A stretch of 34,746 nt of DNA from a virus (lineage: Duplodnaviria > Caudoviricetes). The stretch covers positions 1-34,746 of the IMG/VR virus record IMGVR_UViG_3300030010_000010; one strand, 5' to 3'. Within the stretch, counting starts at the first letter, position 1, and every line of letters starts with the position of its first letter. Below, piece by piece: positions 1 to 9,101 of the stretch. The notes beneath the pieces were generated by a model, which saw only the letters and a list, made by a program, of their open reading frames with translations, ran no database searches and was not told the origin of the DNA. Made by a program: the position numbers and the translations under genes.

Positions 1-2
1 CT

Positions 3-149
3 ACCGACCCCAGATTCTATGCTCCAGGAACCATGGCCTTAGATTATAAAGGCGCTAATCCCTCTTCACCTCTGGACGTCCTCAGACAACAACTACTAGC
101 GCCGAATGGCACTGACCTGATCAAGATCAATCCCCTCTGGACTAATTGA
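3..149 (+). CDS. 3' end of an unknown ORF entering the window
   Basis: Open frame from nt 3 (TDPRFYAPG...INPLWTN) to TGA 147-149, 1 nt before the ATG at 151. Confidence 0.5.
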   Translation, partial: TDPRFYAPGTMALDYKGANPSSPLDVLRQQLLAPNGTDLIKINPLWTN

Positions 150-150
150 T

Positions 151-2982
151 ATGCCACTCTTCGCCCCAGGTCAGGTTATGTCCCCGCAGGAACGCGCGGA
201 AGCCATCCGTTCAGGAGCCATGCTCCCCGAAGACTTCATCCCCACCTCTACAGCGCTAGCTCCGCCTCCGAAGACATATGACAACCGCCCTTCCTCAGCT
301 CAAGAGGACCTCGCCAAGTCACTGGGCATTACGGTAGAAGAGCTCAAACGACGTCAGCAAATACAGTTTCAGCAGCTCCAGCAACGTCGGCAAAACAAAG
401 CTGGTGGTGGCGCCCTCAAGCAACTCGCGGCCCACCTAGCTGGTCCTGCATCTCACGTTCGCACCTTCACTGCAGAGGATTTCCCTGAACTCCTGGACAC
501 CCTGGCGAGGTATGGAAAGGCTCGCGCGCTTCCACCGAAGAACTCCACCATCTTTGGTGAGATGATCAAAAATGCCAGCGAGGATGATTCGAAAGCGCTG
601 ACCCATGTTACCTTGTCAGCCGACGGTACGCCGCAAGCCGCGGCACAAACAGATTCTGATTACCTGGCGTATCTAGTGAACCTAGCGGGCGGGAAAGGTG
701 CTGGAACCCAGGCTCTCGAACACTTGCAAGGCTCGCACCCCACATTAACCGCCTACCCCACGCACGATGCCCAAGGCTACTGGGATAAGATCATCCAACG
801 TCAACCTGGATGGGAGAAAGTCCCCGGAACCGAGGTCGATGTGGACAGCCTCAAATGGTCGCGCCAGAACAAATCCGAAGGCGGCCGCATCGGTAATCGA
901 GGTAGAGGACTCCCTTCTAGCGATCAATCCAAGCTAGGTCCCCTATCCGTTATCAAAGGCCTGGCTTCCATGATGGGCAGCGCAGGACGAGGGGCGGCTA
1001 CCACGTTCGCGGGCATTCCTGGTGACCTCACCCGCCTTGGATACACCCTCTCAGGAAATGAACAGCCGGGCAAGGGCAAAACCCTCTTTCCTGACAGCTC
1101 TGACATGCGTCGTAAGGCACCAAATCTGCCTAGAGACATGCGCTCGGAAGCCTATCAGGACCTGGGCAACTTTGCTCCCGTCAACCCCGCTTCCGCCACT
1201 AAGGTAGCGGGCCTAGGTGGCGCTGAGCTTCTCGCTCGAGCCATGCAAAGCGAATCCCCACTAGCTCAGATGCTAACCGCAGCCGTCCGCCCAATGGGAA
1301 TCATGAAGCAGAAAGGCGGGAACTGGTTATCAGGTTCAGTAGAGGATGCGCTGGCGGGGTTGAAGAAGGGACCACGGCAAGGCTCCTTAGCCGGCAACTT
1401 CAGTGACTACCGCCCCTTGCTAGAAGGTGAATTCAAGGGGGAACCCAGAAGCAGTTTTTACGACCCAAATTCAGGCGAACTACTCGACGCCAACATTTAC
1501 CATGACTACGCCGCTGCGCTTGCCCCGCACGCTCCTGTCAACTCCTGGATCGACAAAGCCCTCACCAAGTACGTACGCAATGACATGGCGACTCCAGAGG
1601 ATCCAATCCGAGCATTAGCCGAGAGTGGAATCCTTCACGTTGACCCGGATGCGCTAGCCACTAGACTTCCCGTGTCGGCAGTTAGAAACAACCATATCAA
1701 AGGCGACACTCCAGTCTACACTACGGCAAACTCAGACTTTGCCGCTAAGTGGGAGAGAGCGGCGGATGCCAACCTCAGAGTCCATGATGCCCGCTCATTA
1801 GCTAACACTGAGACAGTCGGCGGGAAAGATCCTGGACCTACTTACACTCGGAAAGACCCATGGCTCAAGGACATTGATCCTAAGGCTCTAGTCCATCAGA
1901 TCCCTAACTCAAATGGGGCATCACTTCAGTCAGACCTCGGCTTCGACCATCTCATCGACGAACTCAATAATTCCATCAACCCAGAGAGCGGACTCCCCCT
2001 ACATTTGCAGTTCCCGGCTGATCGGCTCTCTAAGGTCACGGTACCACAAGCCGTCGAGAGAGTATCCCAGATCAACGCCTGGCGCGCAGCCCAGAAGGCG
2101 GAAGCGGATGCAGCGAAAGCAAACAACGCCGCGACCGTTCTGCACAAGGAGTATCCGGAGAAGGGGATGAAGTGGGTACAGTTGAAGACTCCGGAGAAAG
2201 TAGAGGGACTACCCTCCTCAATGGGTGTGGAGGAAACCTCTCCAGGCAACTTTAAGTCTTACCTCACCGTCAAGAATAGCTACGAGGAGCCTTATAAGAA
2301 ATACTCCCCACCCTTTAGTACTTACGAAGAGGCCATGGCCGACGCGTATACCAAGGCTCCTAAAGAGGTGCTCGCTGATGCTCTAAGGTACGAGGGCGAC
2401 ACAATGGGCCACTGCGTAGGCGGATATTGCGACGACGTGGCGAGTGGTCGCTCCAACATCTTCAGTCTGCGTGATGCTAAGGGTCAGCCGCATGTGACGG
2501 TGGAGACTGCTCCCGGTGATCAGTTTGCATCCCGCGACCGGCTATTTGACGTGACCCCTGAGGATTACACCAAAATATCGCATCGAGCAGAAGAAATGCT
2601 GGCGTCTGGAGACTATGGTAATGACTTGAATGCGGCCATGACAGATGCCGCAAATGAACATCTTGGGCCACCACCCTCAAAGATCGTACAAATCAAAGGC
2701 AAGGGCAACGCCAAGCCACACGACGACTACCTGCCGTATGTGCAGGACTTCGTGAAGAGTGGACAGTGGGGCGACGTGGGCGACTTGGGCAACGCCGGAT
2801 TGCACCGTGTACAGGCAGCGGACGGCAGTGTGAGCTACTTGTCCCCTGAAGAGTATAAGGCGGCTAAGGCCCCATGGCTGGTGGATGATCCAGTGGGTTA
2901 TGCTGAAGGTGGCCCAATCGTCGCTCCTAACCAAGTTGACTTCGAAAATCTCGATAACTTCTTGAAACCGAGATATAATTAG
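151..2982 (+). CDS. Large multidomain (polyvalent-type) phage protein: GNAT-like acetyltransferase module plus C-terminal PcfJ-like domain
   Basis: 943 aa; GNAT acetyl-CoA-loop-like YLVNLAGGKGAGTQAL...AQGYWDK (nt ~655-790); PcfJ-like EGDTMGHCVGGY...IFSLRD...PHVTVE...IVQIKGKGN (nt ~2383-2718). Confidence 0.65.
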   Translation: MPLFAPGQVMSPQERAEAIRSGAMLPEDFIPTSTALAPPPKTYDNRPSSAQEDLAKSLGITVEELKRRQQIQFQQLQQRRQNKAGGGALKQLAAHLAGPASHVRTFTAEDFPELLDTLARYGKARALPPKNSTIFGEMIKNASEDDSKALTHVTLSADGTPQAAAQTDSDYLAYLVNLAGGKGAGTQALEHLQGSHPTLTAYPTHDAQGYWDKIIQRQPGWEKVPGTEVDVDSLKWSRQNKSEGGRIGNRGRGLPSSDQSKLGPLSVIKGLASMMGSAGRGAATTFAGIPGDLTRLGYTLSGNEQPGKGKTLFPDSSDMRRKAPNLPRDMRSEAYQDLGNFAPVNPASATKVAGLGGAELLARAMQSESPLAQMLTAAVRPMGIMKQKGGNWLSGSVEDALAGLKKGPRQGSLAGNFSDYRPLLEGEFKGEPRSSFYDPNSGELLDANIYHDYAAALAPHAPVNSWIDKALTKYVRNDMATPEDPIRALAESGILHVDPDALATRLPVSAVRNNHIKGDTPVYTTANSDFAAKWERAADANLRVHDARSLANTETVGGKDPGPTYTRKDPWLKDIDPKALVHQIPNSNGASLQSDLGFDHLIDELNNSINPESGLPLHLQFPADRLSKVTVPQAVERVSQINAWRAAQKAEADAAKANNAATVLHKEYPEKGMKWVQLKTPEKVEGLPSSMGVEETSPGNFKSYLTVKNSYEEPYKKYSPPFSTYEEAMADAYTKAPKEVLADALRYEGDTMGHCVGGYCDDVASGRSNIFSLRDAKGQPHVTVETAPGDQFASRDRLFDVTPEDYTKISHRAEEMLASGDYGNDLNAAMTDAANEHLGPPPSKIVQIKGKGNAKPHDDYLPYVQDFVKSGQWGDVGDLGNAGLHRVQAADGSVSYLSPEEYKAAKAPWLVDDPVGYAEGGPIVAPNQVDFENLDNFLKPRYN
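2951..2979 (+). promoter_or_regulatory. Candidate sigma70-type promoter upstream of portal
   Basis: TCGATA-N17-TATAAT, followed by AGGA RBS and ATG at 3003. Confidence 0.4.
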
Positions 2983-3002
2983 TAAAACTCCAGGAACAAG
3001 CT

Positions 3003-5558
3003 ATGATCGACCTACCAGACGACGAACTCATCGAGAACTCAGACGGAAGTGTTGACATTCCTGATGAATCATCCTCAGCTGAATCAGAAGAGCCAACTGA
3101 TCACCTCGAGAATCTGGCTGAGATCCTTCCAGATGCCATCCTATTAGACATCTCCCTTGACCTCACTGAGGCCATTGACCGAGACCGTGAATCCCGCAAA
3201 AAGCGTGACAAACAGTATGAGGATGGCCTGCGTCGCACGGGTTTGGGCGATGATGCTCCTGGTGGAGCGGATTTTGAGGGAGCCTCTGATGTCGTCCACC
3301 CTGTACTTGCAGAGGCTTGTGTAGACTTTGCCGCACGAGCCATCAAGGAGCTTTTCCCGCCACAGGGACCAGTCAAGACCTCAATTATAGGTCAAACAAC
3401 CCCTGAGCAGCTCGATAGGGCTGAGCGTAAGCGCACGTTCATGAACTGGCAGCTCACTACTCAGATGCCTGAGTATCGGCCCGAGCTGGAGCAACTCCTC
3501 ACACAGCTTCCTCTGGGTGGATCCCAATTCCAAAAGTTCTGGCACGACGATCGCTTCGAGCGTCCAGTCAGTGAATTTGTACCAATTGATGACATTCTCC
3601 TGCCTTACTCCGCTACGAGCTTCTATACAGCTCAGCGAGTGACGCATGTCCAGCACATTACCCAATTTGAGTATGAGAAGAGGGTTCGATCTGGACTTTA
3701 CCGGGACATCCCGAACCTGGCTGATGCCTCGGGACTCATGCCTGAGCAGACGGATTCGGCCAAAGCCAATGACAAGATTGAAGGCAAAGAGGAAGACGCC
3801 TACAACGAGGATGGTCTGCGGGACATTTATGAGGTTTATTGCTGGCACGAGGTAGAAGGTGACGAACCTGATCCTTACATCATCACAATTGACGCCTATA
3901 CTGAGAAGGTTCTGGCGATTTATCGCAATTGGGCTGAGGGGGATGACAAAAAGGAGAAACTCGACTGGCTAGTGGAGTGGAAATTCATTCCCTGGCGAGG
4001 CGCATACGCCATCGGTTTCCCACAACTGATAGGATCACTCAGCGCGGCAGCCACAGGTTCCCTTCGGGCGCTCCTCGATTCGGCCCACATCAACAACCTA
4101 CCTGGCTTAATTAAGCTAAAATCCAACAAAACCGTCGGTCAGAACACCAATGTTGAGGCTACTGGGATCTCTGAGATCGAAGGACCCCCGGGAATTGATG
4201 ATATTCGCAAGCTTCTCATGGCGATGCCCTTCAATCCCCCGAGCCCCATCCTGTTTCAACTGCTCGGATGGCTGACAGACGCTGCTAAGGGTGTCGTTCG
4301 CACGGCTGAGAGTGCTATTGCTAATGCTGGAGACCGTACCCCAGTTGGCACGACTCAAGCCATGATCGAGCAGGGTTCCACAATCTACTCTGCAATCCAC
4401 GCCCGCTTACATGAGAGTCAGAAGAAGGCATTCCAGATCCTGGCTCGCATCAATGGAACCTGGCTTGAGGATGAGACTCAGGTAGAAGAGCTCGGGAAGC
4501 TCATCATCCGTCGTTCAGACTTCCAAGGTTCTCTGGATGTCATGCCTGTATCTGACCCGGCTATCTTCTCTGAAGCCCAACGGTATGCTCAGAACCAGTC
4601 CCTGATTCAGATGCAGAACATGGATGCTCAAGATCCTAGCATCCACTGGAATAAGGTAGCCATCCGTCGTCGAGTTCTCAAGCAAATGAGGATCGATGAT
4701 GTTGATGAGATTCTTCCTCTGCCTCCGAAGCCACTGACGTCGGATCCGATGTCTGAGGCCATGGCTGTGATGGTGGGAACACCCATTCAGGCTACACCTG
4801 AGCAGGATCACATGGCCCACATGAAGGGACACCTGCTTTATCTGAGCTCCCCAGTGGTCATAAACAATCCCCTGGTTCCCCCTCCTCCTCTGCAGATGCT
4901 CCTAGGCCATGTTCAGCAACACATTATGTTCTTTGAGCAGCAGACGGTTACTCACATTCAGCAACAGCTCCAGCTCAGCTATCCTCAGTTGTCACCAGAT
5001 GCCTTAGTGGCCATGGCAATTGAGCAGGCGGCTCCGACGGTCCTTAAAGCCCTGAGTCCAGTCCTTCAACGGGTATCTGAGCTGCAGGCTGAGCTTCAGA
5101 AGAAGACTCCTCCTCCGCAGATGCCGCCTGAGATTGCCGCTAGCATTCAGATCGCTCAGATGGATGTGGACCGTAAGACGAAGTATGATCAAGCGATGGT
5201 TCAACTGAAGCAGCAAGAGCAACAGACCAATCAGCAAGAATCTCAGCTTCAGCTTCAGCTTGAACAGCAACAGTCTCAGTTTCAACAGTCCCTGGATGCT
5301 CAGAGGCTCCAGATGGAGGATTCAGTTCACCAGCTGAAGAGTCAGATGGACCTAATGATGAACAAGATGGATAATGAGCAAAAGCAGGTTACCGAGCTTC
5401 TAAAGAATCGTGATGATAATGCCACCGCCATTCAAGTGGAGCAGCTGAAACAGTCAGGGCAAACACCCCCAGAATTACAACAATTGATGGTTCAGTTCCA
5501 ACAACTATTGGCCCACTTGGGTGTAAGCACAGCCACTGGAGATTTAGCTAATGACTGA
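3003..5558 (+). CDS. Portal protein with long Gln-rich C-terminal coiled coil
   Basis: 851 aa; GASDVVHPVLAEACVDFAARAIKELFPPQGPVKT, LPLGGSQFQK, GAYAIGFPQLIGSLS, PVGTTQAMIEQG motifs typical of podovirus-type portals; helical Q-rich tail resembling a P22-like barrel. Confidence 0.85.
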   Translation: MIDLPDDELIENSDGSVDIPDESSSAESEEPTDHLENLAEILPDAILLDISLDLTEAIDRDRESRKKRDKQYEDGLRRTGLGDDAPGGADFEGASDVVHPVLAEACVDFAARAIKELFPPQGPVKTSIIGQTTPEQLDRAERKRTFMNWQLTTQMPEYRPELEQLLTQLPLGGSQFQKFWHDDRFERPVSEFVPIDDILLPYSATSFYTAQRVTHVQHITQFEYEKRVRSGLYRDIPNLADASGLMPEQTDSAKANDKIEGKEEDAYNEDGLRDIYEVYCWHEVEGDEPDPYIITIDAYTEKVLAIYRNWAEGDDKKEKLDWLVEWKFIPWRGAYAIGFPQLIGSLSAAATGSLRALLDSAHINNLPGLIKLKSNKTVGQNTNVEATGISEIEGPPGIDDIRKLLMAMPFNPPSPILFQLLGWLTDAAKGVVRTAESAIANAGDRTPVGTTQAMIEQGSTIYSAIHARLHESQKKAFQILARINGTWLEDETQVEELGKLIIRRSDFQGSLDVMPVSDPAIFSEAQRYAQNQSLIQMQNMDAQDPSIHWNKVAIRRRVLKQMRIDDVDEILPLPPKPLTSDPMSEAMAVMVGTPIQATPEQDHMAHMKGHLLYLSSPVVINNPLVPPPPLQMLLGHVQQHIMFFEQQTVTHIQQQLQLSYPQLSPDALVAMAIEQAAPTVLKALSPVLQRVSELQAELQKKTPPPQMPPEIAASIQIAQMDVDRKTKYDQAMVQLKQQEQQTNQQESQLQLQLEQQQSQFQQSLDAQRLQMEDSVHQLKSQMDLMMNKMDNEQKQVTELLKNRDDNATAIQVEQLKQSGQTPPELQQLMVQFQQLLAHLGVSTATGDLAND

Positions 5559-5973
5559 TCAACCCTTTGAGCGTAGAAACATCGACCGAGTCCATGCTGA
5601 GATTCGTGACCTGATCCTCAAGACTGATGATCCAAAAGACAAGGCACAATTACTCATCATGCTCAAATTCTCAGACTCCATTGATACCCTGAGTGGAATC
5701 ACGAAGGAAGTATCTGGAAAACTGGATGAACACCTGGATCATTATGACAAGCACATCACCGAGGGTGCGGTCAGAGATGGACAGGTGAAACTCGGCTGGA
5801 AGTTGATAGTCGCCTTTCTCGCTGCGAGCCAAGGAGTGGCTTGGTATGCGATTAAAGGTCACCTGGAATCGGATCATGCATTGGAAGTGACTGTATCCAC
5901 CATTCGAAAGGACGTGGATATGCTTCAAGAACGCCGCCGTATTGAAGACACTATGCAAAAGGTGACTAAATGA
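5551..5973 (+). CDS. Single-TM coiled-coil membrane protein (possible holin/lysis accessory)
   Basis: 140 aa, hydrophobic segment LGWKLIVAFLAASQGVAWYAI; overlaps the endolysin start. Confidence 0.5.
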   Translation: MTDQPFERRNIDRVHAEIRDLILKTDDPKDKAQLLIMLKFSDSIDTLSGITKEVSGKLDEHLDHYDKHITEGAVRDGQVKLGWKLIVAFLAASQGVAWYAIKGHLESDHALEVTVSTIRKDVDMLQERRRIEDTMQKVTK

Positions 5974-6440
5974 TCACAGTAAATCAACGAGCATTCCTGG
6001 ACATGATCGCCCACAGTGAGATTGGCCCCGCCCTTCTGTCAGTCTCGGACAATGGTTACAATGTGATCGTTGGAAGCACAGCGGCACACCCCACCCTGTT
6101 CGATGACTATTCTGACCACCCTCATCGGATGGTAATGCTGAGCCCACACCTGACATCAAGCGCGGCTGGCCGGTATCAACTCCTAGGTCGCTACTTCGAT
6201 GTTTACAAGAAGCAGCTGGGTCTCCCAGACTTCTCCCCTGATTCCCAGGATGCTATTGCGCTCCAGCAGATCAAGGAGTGCAAGGCCCTCCAGGATATTG
6301 CCGCCGGAAACTTCGAGCGAGCGGTGTTCCTCTGTGCCCGCATCTGGGCAAGCCTACCGGGTGCCGGTTACGGTCAGCATGAGAACGAGATGGAGGATCT
6401 GAAGGATGCATACTTGGCTGCGGGTGGCAGCCTGGCATGA
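5970..6440 (+). CDS. Endolysin, lambda R-type lytic transglycosylase
   Basis: AFLDMIAHSE (catalytic Glu), SSAAGRYQ, LPDFSPDSQD, WASLPGAGYGQHE match lambda R motifs. Confidence 0.92.
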   Translation: MITVNQRAFLDMIAHSEIGPALLSVSDNGYNVIVGSTAAHPTLFDDYSDHPHRMVMLSPHLTSSAAGRYQLLGRYFDVYKKQLGLPDFSPDSQDAIALQQIKECKALQDIAAGNFERAVFLCARIWASLPGAGYGQHENEMEDLKDAYLAAGGSLA

Positions 6441-6748
6441 CTGATCCACGAACCTCGGGAATCCGAAGAGACCTGAATGATGTGGTCCGGGATTCCCATG
6501 GCAAAGTGATGGAGGAGAAGTTGTTCTCAATTATCTTCAAGTCCTTCCTGTTGTGGGTGTTCTATCAGCACGCTGAAACCATCCTGAAGGACTGGACGGT
6601 CTTGACAATCTTCGTCATCGCATTTACCGCCCCTGAACTACTGAAGAAGTTCCTTGCCATGAAAACGGGTGCCCCTGATGTTGAGCAACGAACCACCACC
6701 TACCGAAGAGAAAGCACCACAACTAACACGGGAACCGAAACCAAATGA
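6437..6748 (+). CDS. Putative holin (2 TM segments)
   Basis: Two hydrophobic helices (LFSIIFKSFLLWVFY; WTVLTIFVIAFTA), charged C-terminus, ATGA-coupled to endolysin. Confidence 0.6.
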   Translation: MTDPRTSGIRRDLNDVVRDSHGKVMEEKLFSIIFKSFLLWVFYQHAETILKDWTVLTIFVIAFTAPELLKKFLAMKTGAPDVEQRTTTYRRESTTTNTGTETK

Positions 6749-6851
6749 GAACTGCAAATTCAAGTCCTCAGAGTGGGGTGGATGCCGGCTTGGGGATAGC
6801 TGTCATTCCAGTCCCTGTCTCATTTTATGTGAGATTGGAATAACCAAATGA
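6678..6851 (+). CDS. Small Cys-rich protein, copy 1 (overlaps holin 3' end)
   Basis: MLSNEPPPTEE...CKFKSSEWGGCRLGDSCHSSPCLILCEIGITK; stop overlaps next ATG; paralogous to 6848-7027. Confidence 0.45.
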   Translation: MLSNEPPPTEEKAPQLTREPKPNENCKFKSSEWGGCRLGDSCHSSPCLILCEIGITK

Positions 6852-7027
6852 TGTTCGCTCCTCCACCTATGGAAGAGGAAGTTCGGTGCCCATTCGGATT
6901 CACCATTCACCCGAGATCATCCACTCCTAGACCCTTTGGTGACTGTGGGCATCGATGCTGCCATCCAGAATCATGTGAGCGACTGCGAGGGCTTGGAATT
7001 CCAACTTGCGAAGAGGTAAAGAAATGA
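6848..7027 (+). CDS. Small Cys/His-rich protein, copy 2 (59 aa, below ORF-track cutoff)
   Basis: MMFAPPPMEEEVRCPFG...GDCGHRCCHPESCERLRGLGIPTCEEVKK; ATGA overlaps at both ends. Confidence 0.6.
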   Translation: MMFAPPPMEEEVRCPFGFTIHPRSSTPRPFGDCGHRCCHPESCERLRGLGIPTCEEVKK

Positions 7028-7554
7028 TGAATCCTGGGGTAATTTTAGCGTTGGTCCTCGCCTTTCTGGGAGTTGGTGGTAGTAGTTTCATGTATGGGGA
7101 CCACGTTGGAACGCTGGGTCAACAAGTCAAGGATCAGAAGCAATTTGACCAAATCAACGCAGACATTGCTAAAAACAAGTCCATCGCGGACGCAATTTAT
7201 CGAAATGCCCAAGCCATCATTATTCAACAGGCAGCCGACCGAGCTCTATCCGATAACCAACGTGAAAAGGAAAGGCAAACCGATGCTAAAACTAACTCTG
7301 ACCTGCGTGCTAAGTATGATGCTACTGTCCTGCGGTTCCACACCTCCCAAGCTGCAGGACCCGGGGACTGTAGTGGAAACACCACAGGCTCCCCCTCCAG
7401 TACCACCAGCAACGCAGCTCCCGTTGAAGTACAAGTTCCAGACGAGATTGCAAGAAAGCTTCGATCCATTGCCTTCGACGCCGACTCCTTAAGTACTGAC
7501 TACACTCTACTCTACAACTGGGCCCATGATCCGAACCTCTGTCCTAAACGTTAA
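7024..7554 (+). CDS. Rz-like inner-membrane spanin
   Basis: N-terminal TM (GVILALVLAFLGVGG) then coiled coil; GAGG RBS before ATG 7024; contains embedded lipoprotein gene. Confidence 0.75.
   Translation: MMNPGVILALVLAFLGVGGSSFMYGDHVGTLGQQVKDQKQFDQINADIAKNKSIADAIYRNAQAIIIQQAADRALSDNQREKERQTDAKTNSDLRAKYDATVLRFHTSQAAGPGDCSGNTTGSPSSTTSNAAPVEVQVPDEIARKLRSIAFDADSLSTDYTLLYNWAHDPNLCPKR
7283..7492 (+). CDS. Rz1-like outer-membrane lipoprotein spanin embedded in Rz (+1 frame)
   Basis: MLKLTLTCVLSMMLLSC lipobox, Pro-rich mature part, AAGGAAAGG upstream of ATG 7283. Confidence 0.8.
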   Translation: MLKLTLTCVLSMMLLSCGSTPPKLQDPGTVVETPQAPPPVPPATQLPLKYKFQTRLQESFDPLPSTPTP

Positions 7555-7566
7555 TTAAGGAGTAGC

Positions 7567-8829
7567 ATGATGGGTGTTAGAACATTACTGCAAGGCTTGA
7601 AGAATCGCTTTGATGGCAAGGCCTTTGAGGTCTGGGAAGAGGCCAACGGGTTTATACAAGCGTACCTTAACGGTAGCCCGCTGGTCAGTGGTATGCCGCA
7701 GATGCTCTACAAGTCACATATCCGCAAGTCGCTGATCAAGTTGGCCGATACCGCGAATGGAAATTGCCACATTCAAGTGATCGGTCACTCAGTTGTGGAC
7801 GGGACCGGCGCTGGCGCGACGGAAGCACAGAAAGCGCAATTCGGGTTCCCTGCAGTTCTTCGCGCTGCTCTTGCTTCACGTCTTGGTGTGACGGCCAACG
7901 AGGGGTTATTGTGGGGCGGAGAAAATCCTGCCCGCTTCACGCTCGTCAATACGTCATTTGCCGGAAGCACCCTCGGATTTGGTACAGCGGCCAATCTGCT
8001 TAATGCAACGCAAACAATGGCTGTCACCGTTACCGGCTCAACAATGCGCGTCTATATGTACGCGAACCAATTGAATGTGGCCTTGACAGCAACATCGGAC
8101 GCAGTGGGTGCGACAGTAACTATTGAGTCTTGCGTGGCACTCCCTGGCGGCGGCGGATACGCTCAAATTTCAACAATCGCTCTTGGCACGAACGCATCGC
8201 ATAACGTGATCATCATCGGTCCTGCGTCCGGTGGAGTAACCATTCTTTCAGTTGAGGCACGGGCGTCGGCTACTTCAGGGTTGATGGTATCGCGTACCGG
8301 GCAAAATGGGACGATTGAGACTGATTGGTTTGGCATTGCCACAAAGCCCACGGATACGGGCGGAAGAAATTACAGCGCGGGAGCGTCAATCATAGCTAAT
8401 GAGTGGGCAACAATGACCCTGTGTAACCCTGATCTAGTTCTACTCATGTTTGACCTCAACAACCTAACGAACAAGCTCGTAACTTATGGTTACGGCTATG
8501 ATTTGACGCGGATTCAGTACAACATTCAAACCGTCGTCAATGCTTATGTTGCGCTTGGAATTGACGTTTTGCTGGTTGTTGGCGCGTGGCGCAATCCGGC
8601 GAACGGAAATTACACAGCGCCATACAGTCAAGACACGCTTGATTTGGTCTATCAGACCGTCGCGGCGAATACCGATGGTTGCGCCTTCATTGATGTGCGC
8701 CCTCCGTTTGCATCATTCGCTGATGGATACGCCGCGGGGTATTACGGAGATACGGAAGCGCACCCGGCAAAACGTGGTGCGTCGGCTATCGGGTCACAGC
8801 TTGCAAACGCGCTGCTGGCGAATAGCTGA
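7567..8829 (+). CDS. SGNH/GDSL-type esterase (possible virion-associated deacetylase)
   Basis: Block I IQVIGHSVVDG, block III PDLVLLMFDLNN, block V DTEAHP; beta-rich insert between blocks. Confidence 0.7.
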   Translation: MMGVRTLLQGLKNRFDGKAFEVWEEANGFIQAYLNGSPLVSGMPQMLYKSHIRKSLIKLADTANGNCHIQVIGHSVVDGTGAGATEAQKAQFGFPAVLRAALASRLGVTANEGLLWGGENPARFTLVNTSFAGSTLGFGTAANLLNATQTMAVTVTGSTMRVYMYANQLNVALTATSDAVGATVTIESCVALPGGGGYAQISTIALGTNASHNVIIIGPASGGVTILSVEARASATSGLMVSRTGQNGTIETDWFGIATKPTDTGGRNYSAGASIIANEWATMTLCNPDLVLLMFDLNNLTNKLVTYGYGYDLTRIQYNIQTVVNAYVALGIDVLLVVGAWRNPANGNYTAPYSQDTLDLVYQTVAANTDGCAFIDVRPPFASFADGYAAGYYGDTEAHPAKRGASAIGSQLANALLANS

Positions 8830-8834
8830 TTTTC

Positions 8835-8849
8835 TAATCCCCTCTGCAC
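8835..8849 (+). repeat. Direct repeat copy 1 (TAATCCCCTCTGCAC)
   Basis: Near-identical to 9099-9115 (TAATCCCCCCTCTGCAC); the pair flanks ORF 8877-9101. Confidence 0.6.
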
Positions 8850-8876
8850 AAATTTCATTTTCACAGGAGAAATAGC

Positions 8877-9101
8877 ATGACCAAGAAAGTACGTATTGAA
8901 AACGCTGATATGGCCGATTACAAGGTCATCGTTCAAGTCTGGGATAAGGGGGAGAAAATGCCCGATGGTCTTGGCGGCTTCAATCAAGCCCCTGACGTGC
9001 TTGTGTTTGAGCGAAATCTTGACTTCCCCACAGCCATGACAGGTGATGACGTGTATCTGACCAGTACACGCTACATCGTCGTTAAGGAAGCAGAAAAGTA
9101 A
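8877..9101 (+). CDS. Hypothetical phage protein (74 aa)
   Basis: Strong AGGAG RBS; MTKKVRIENADMADYKVIVQVWDK. Confidence 0.8.
   Translation: MTKKVRIENADMADYKVIVQVWDKGEKMPDGLGGFNQAPDVLVFERNLDFPTAMTGDDVYLTSTRYIVVKEAEK

Noticed and set aside
55-140. TAATCCCTCT-like matches to the 8835/9099 repeat
   Set aside because: Short, inside a coding frame, compatible with chance
5190-5300. CAGCTT/CAG repeats in the portal gene
   Set aside because: Explained by Gln/Leu coiled-coil coding
6745-6843. 32-aa ORF coupled to holin stop (MRTANSS...)
   Set aside because: Competes with the Cys-rich frame, which has paralogy support; cannot be fully excluded
7073-7282. N-terminal part of the 139-aa track ORF
   Set aside because: Signal peptide and RBS place the real Rz1 start at 7283
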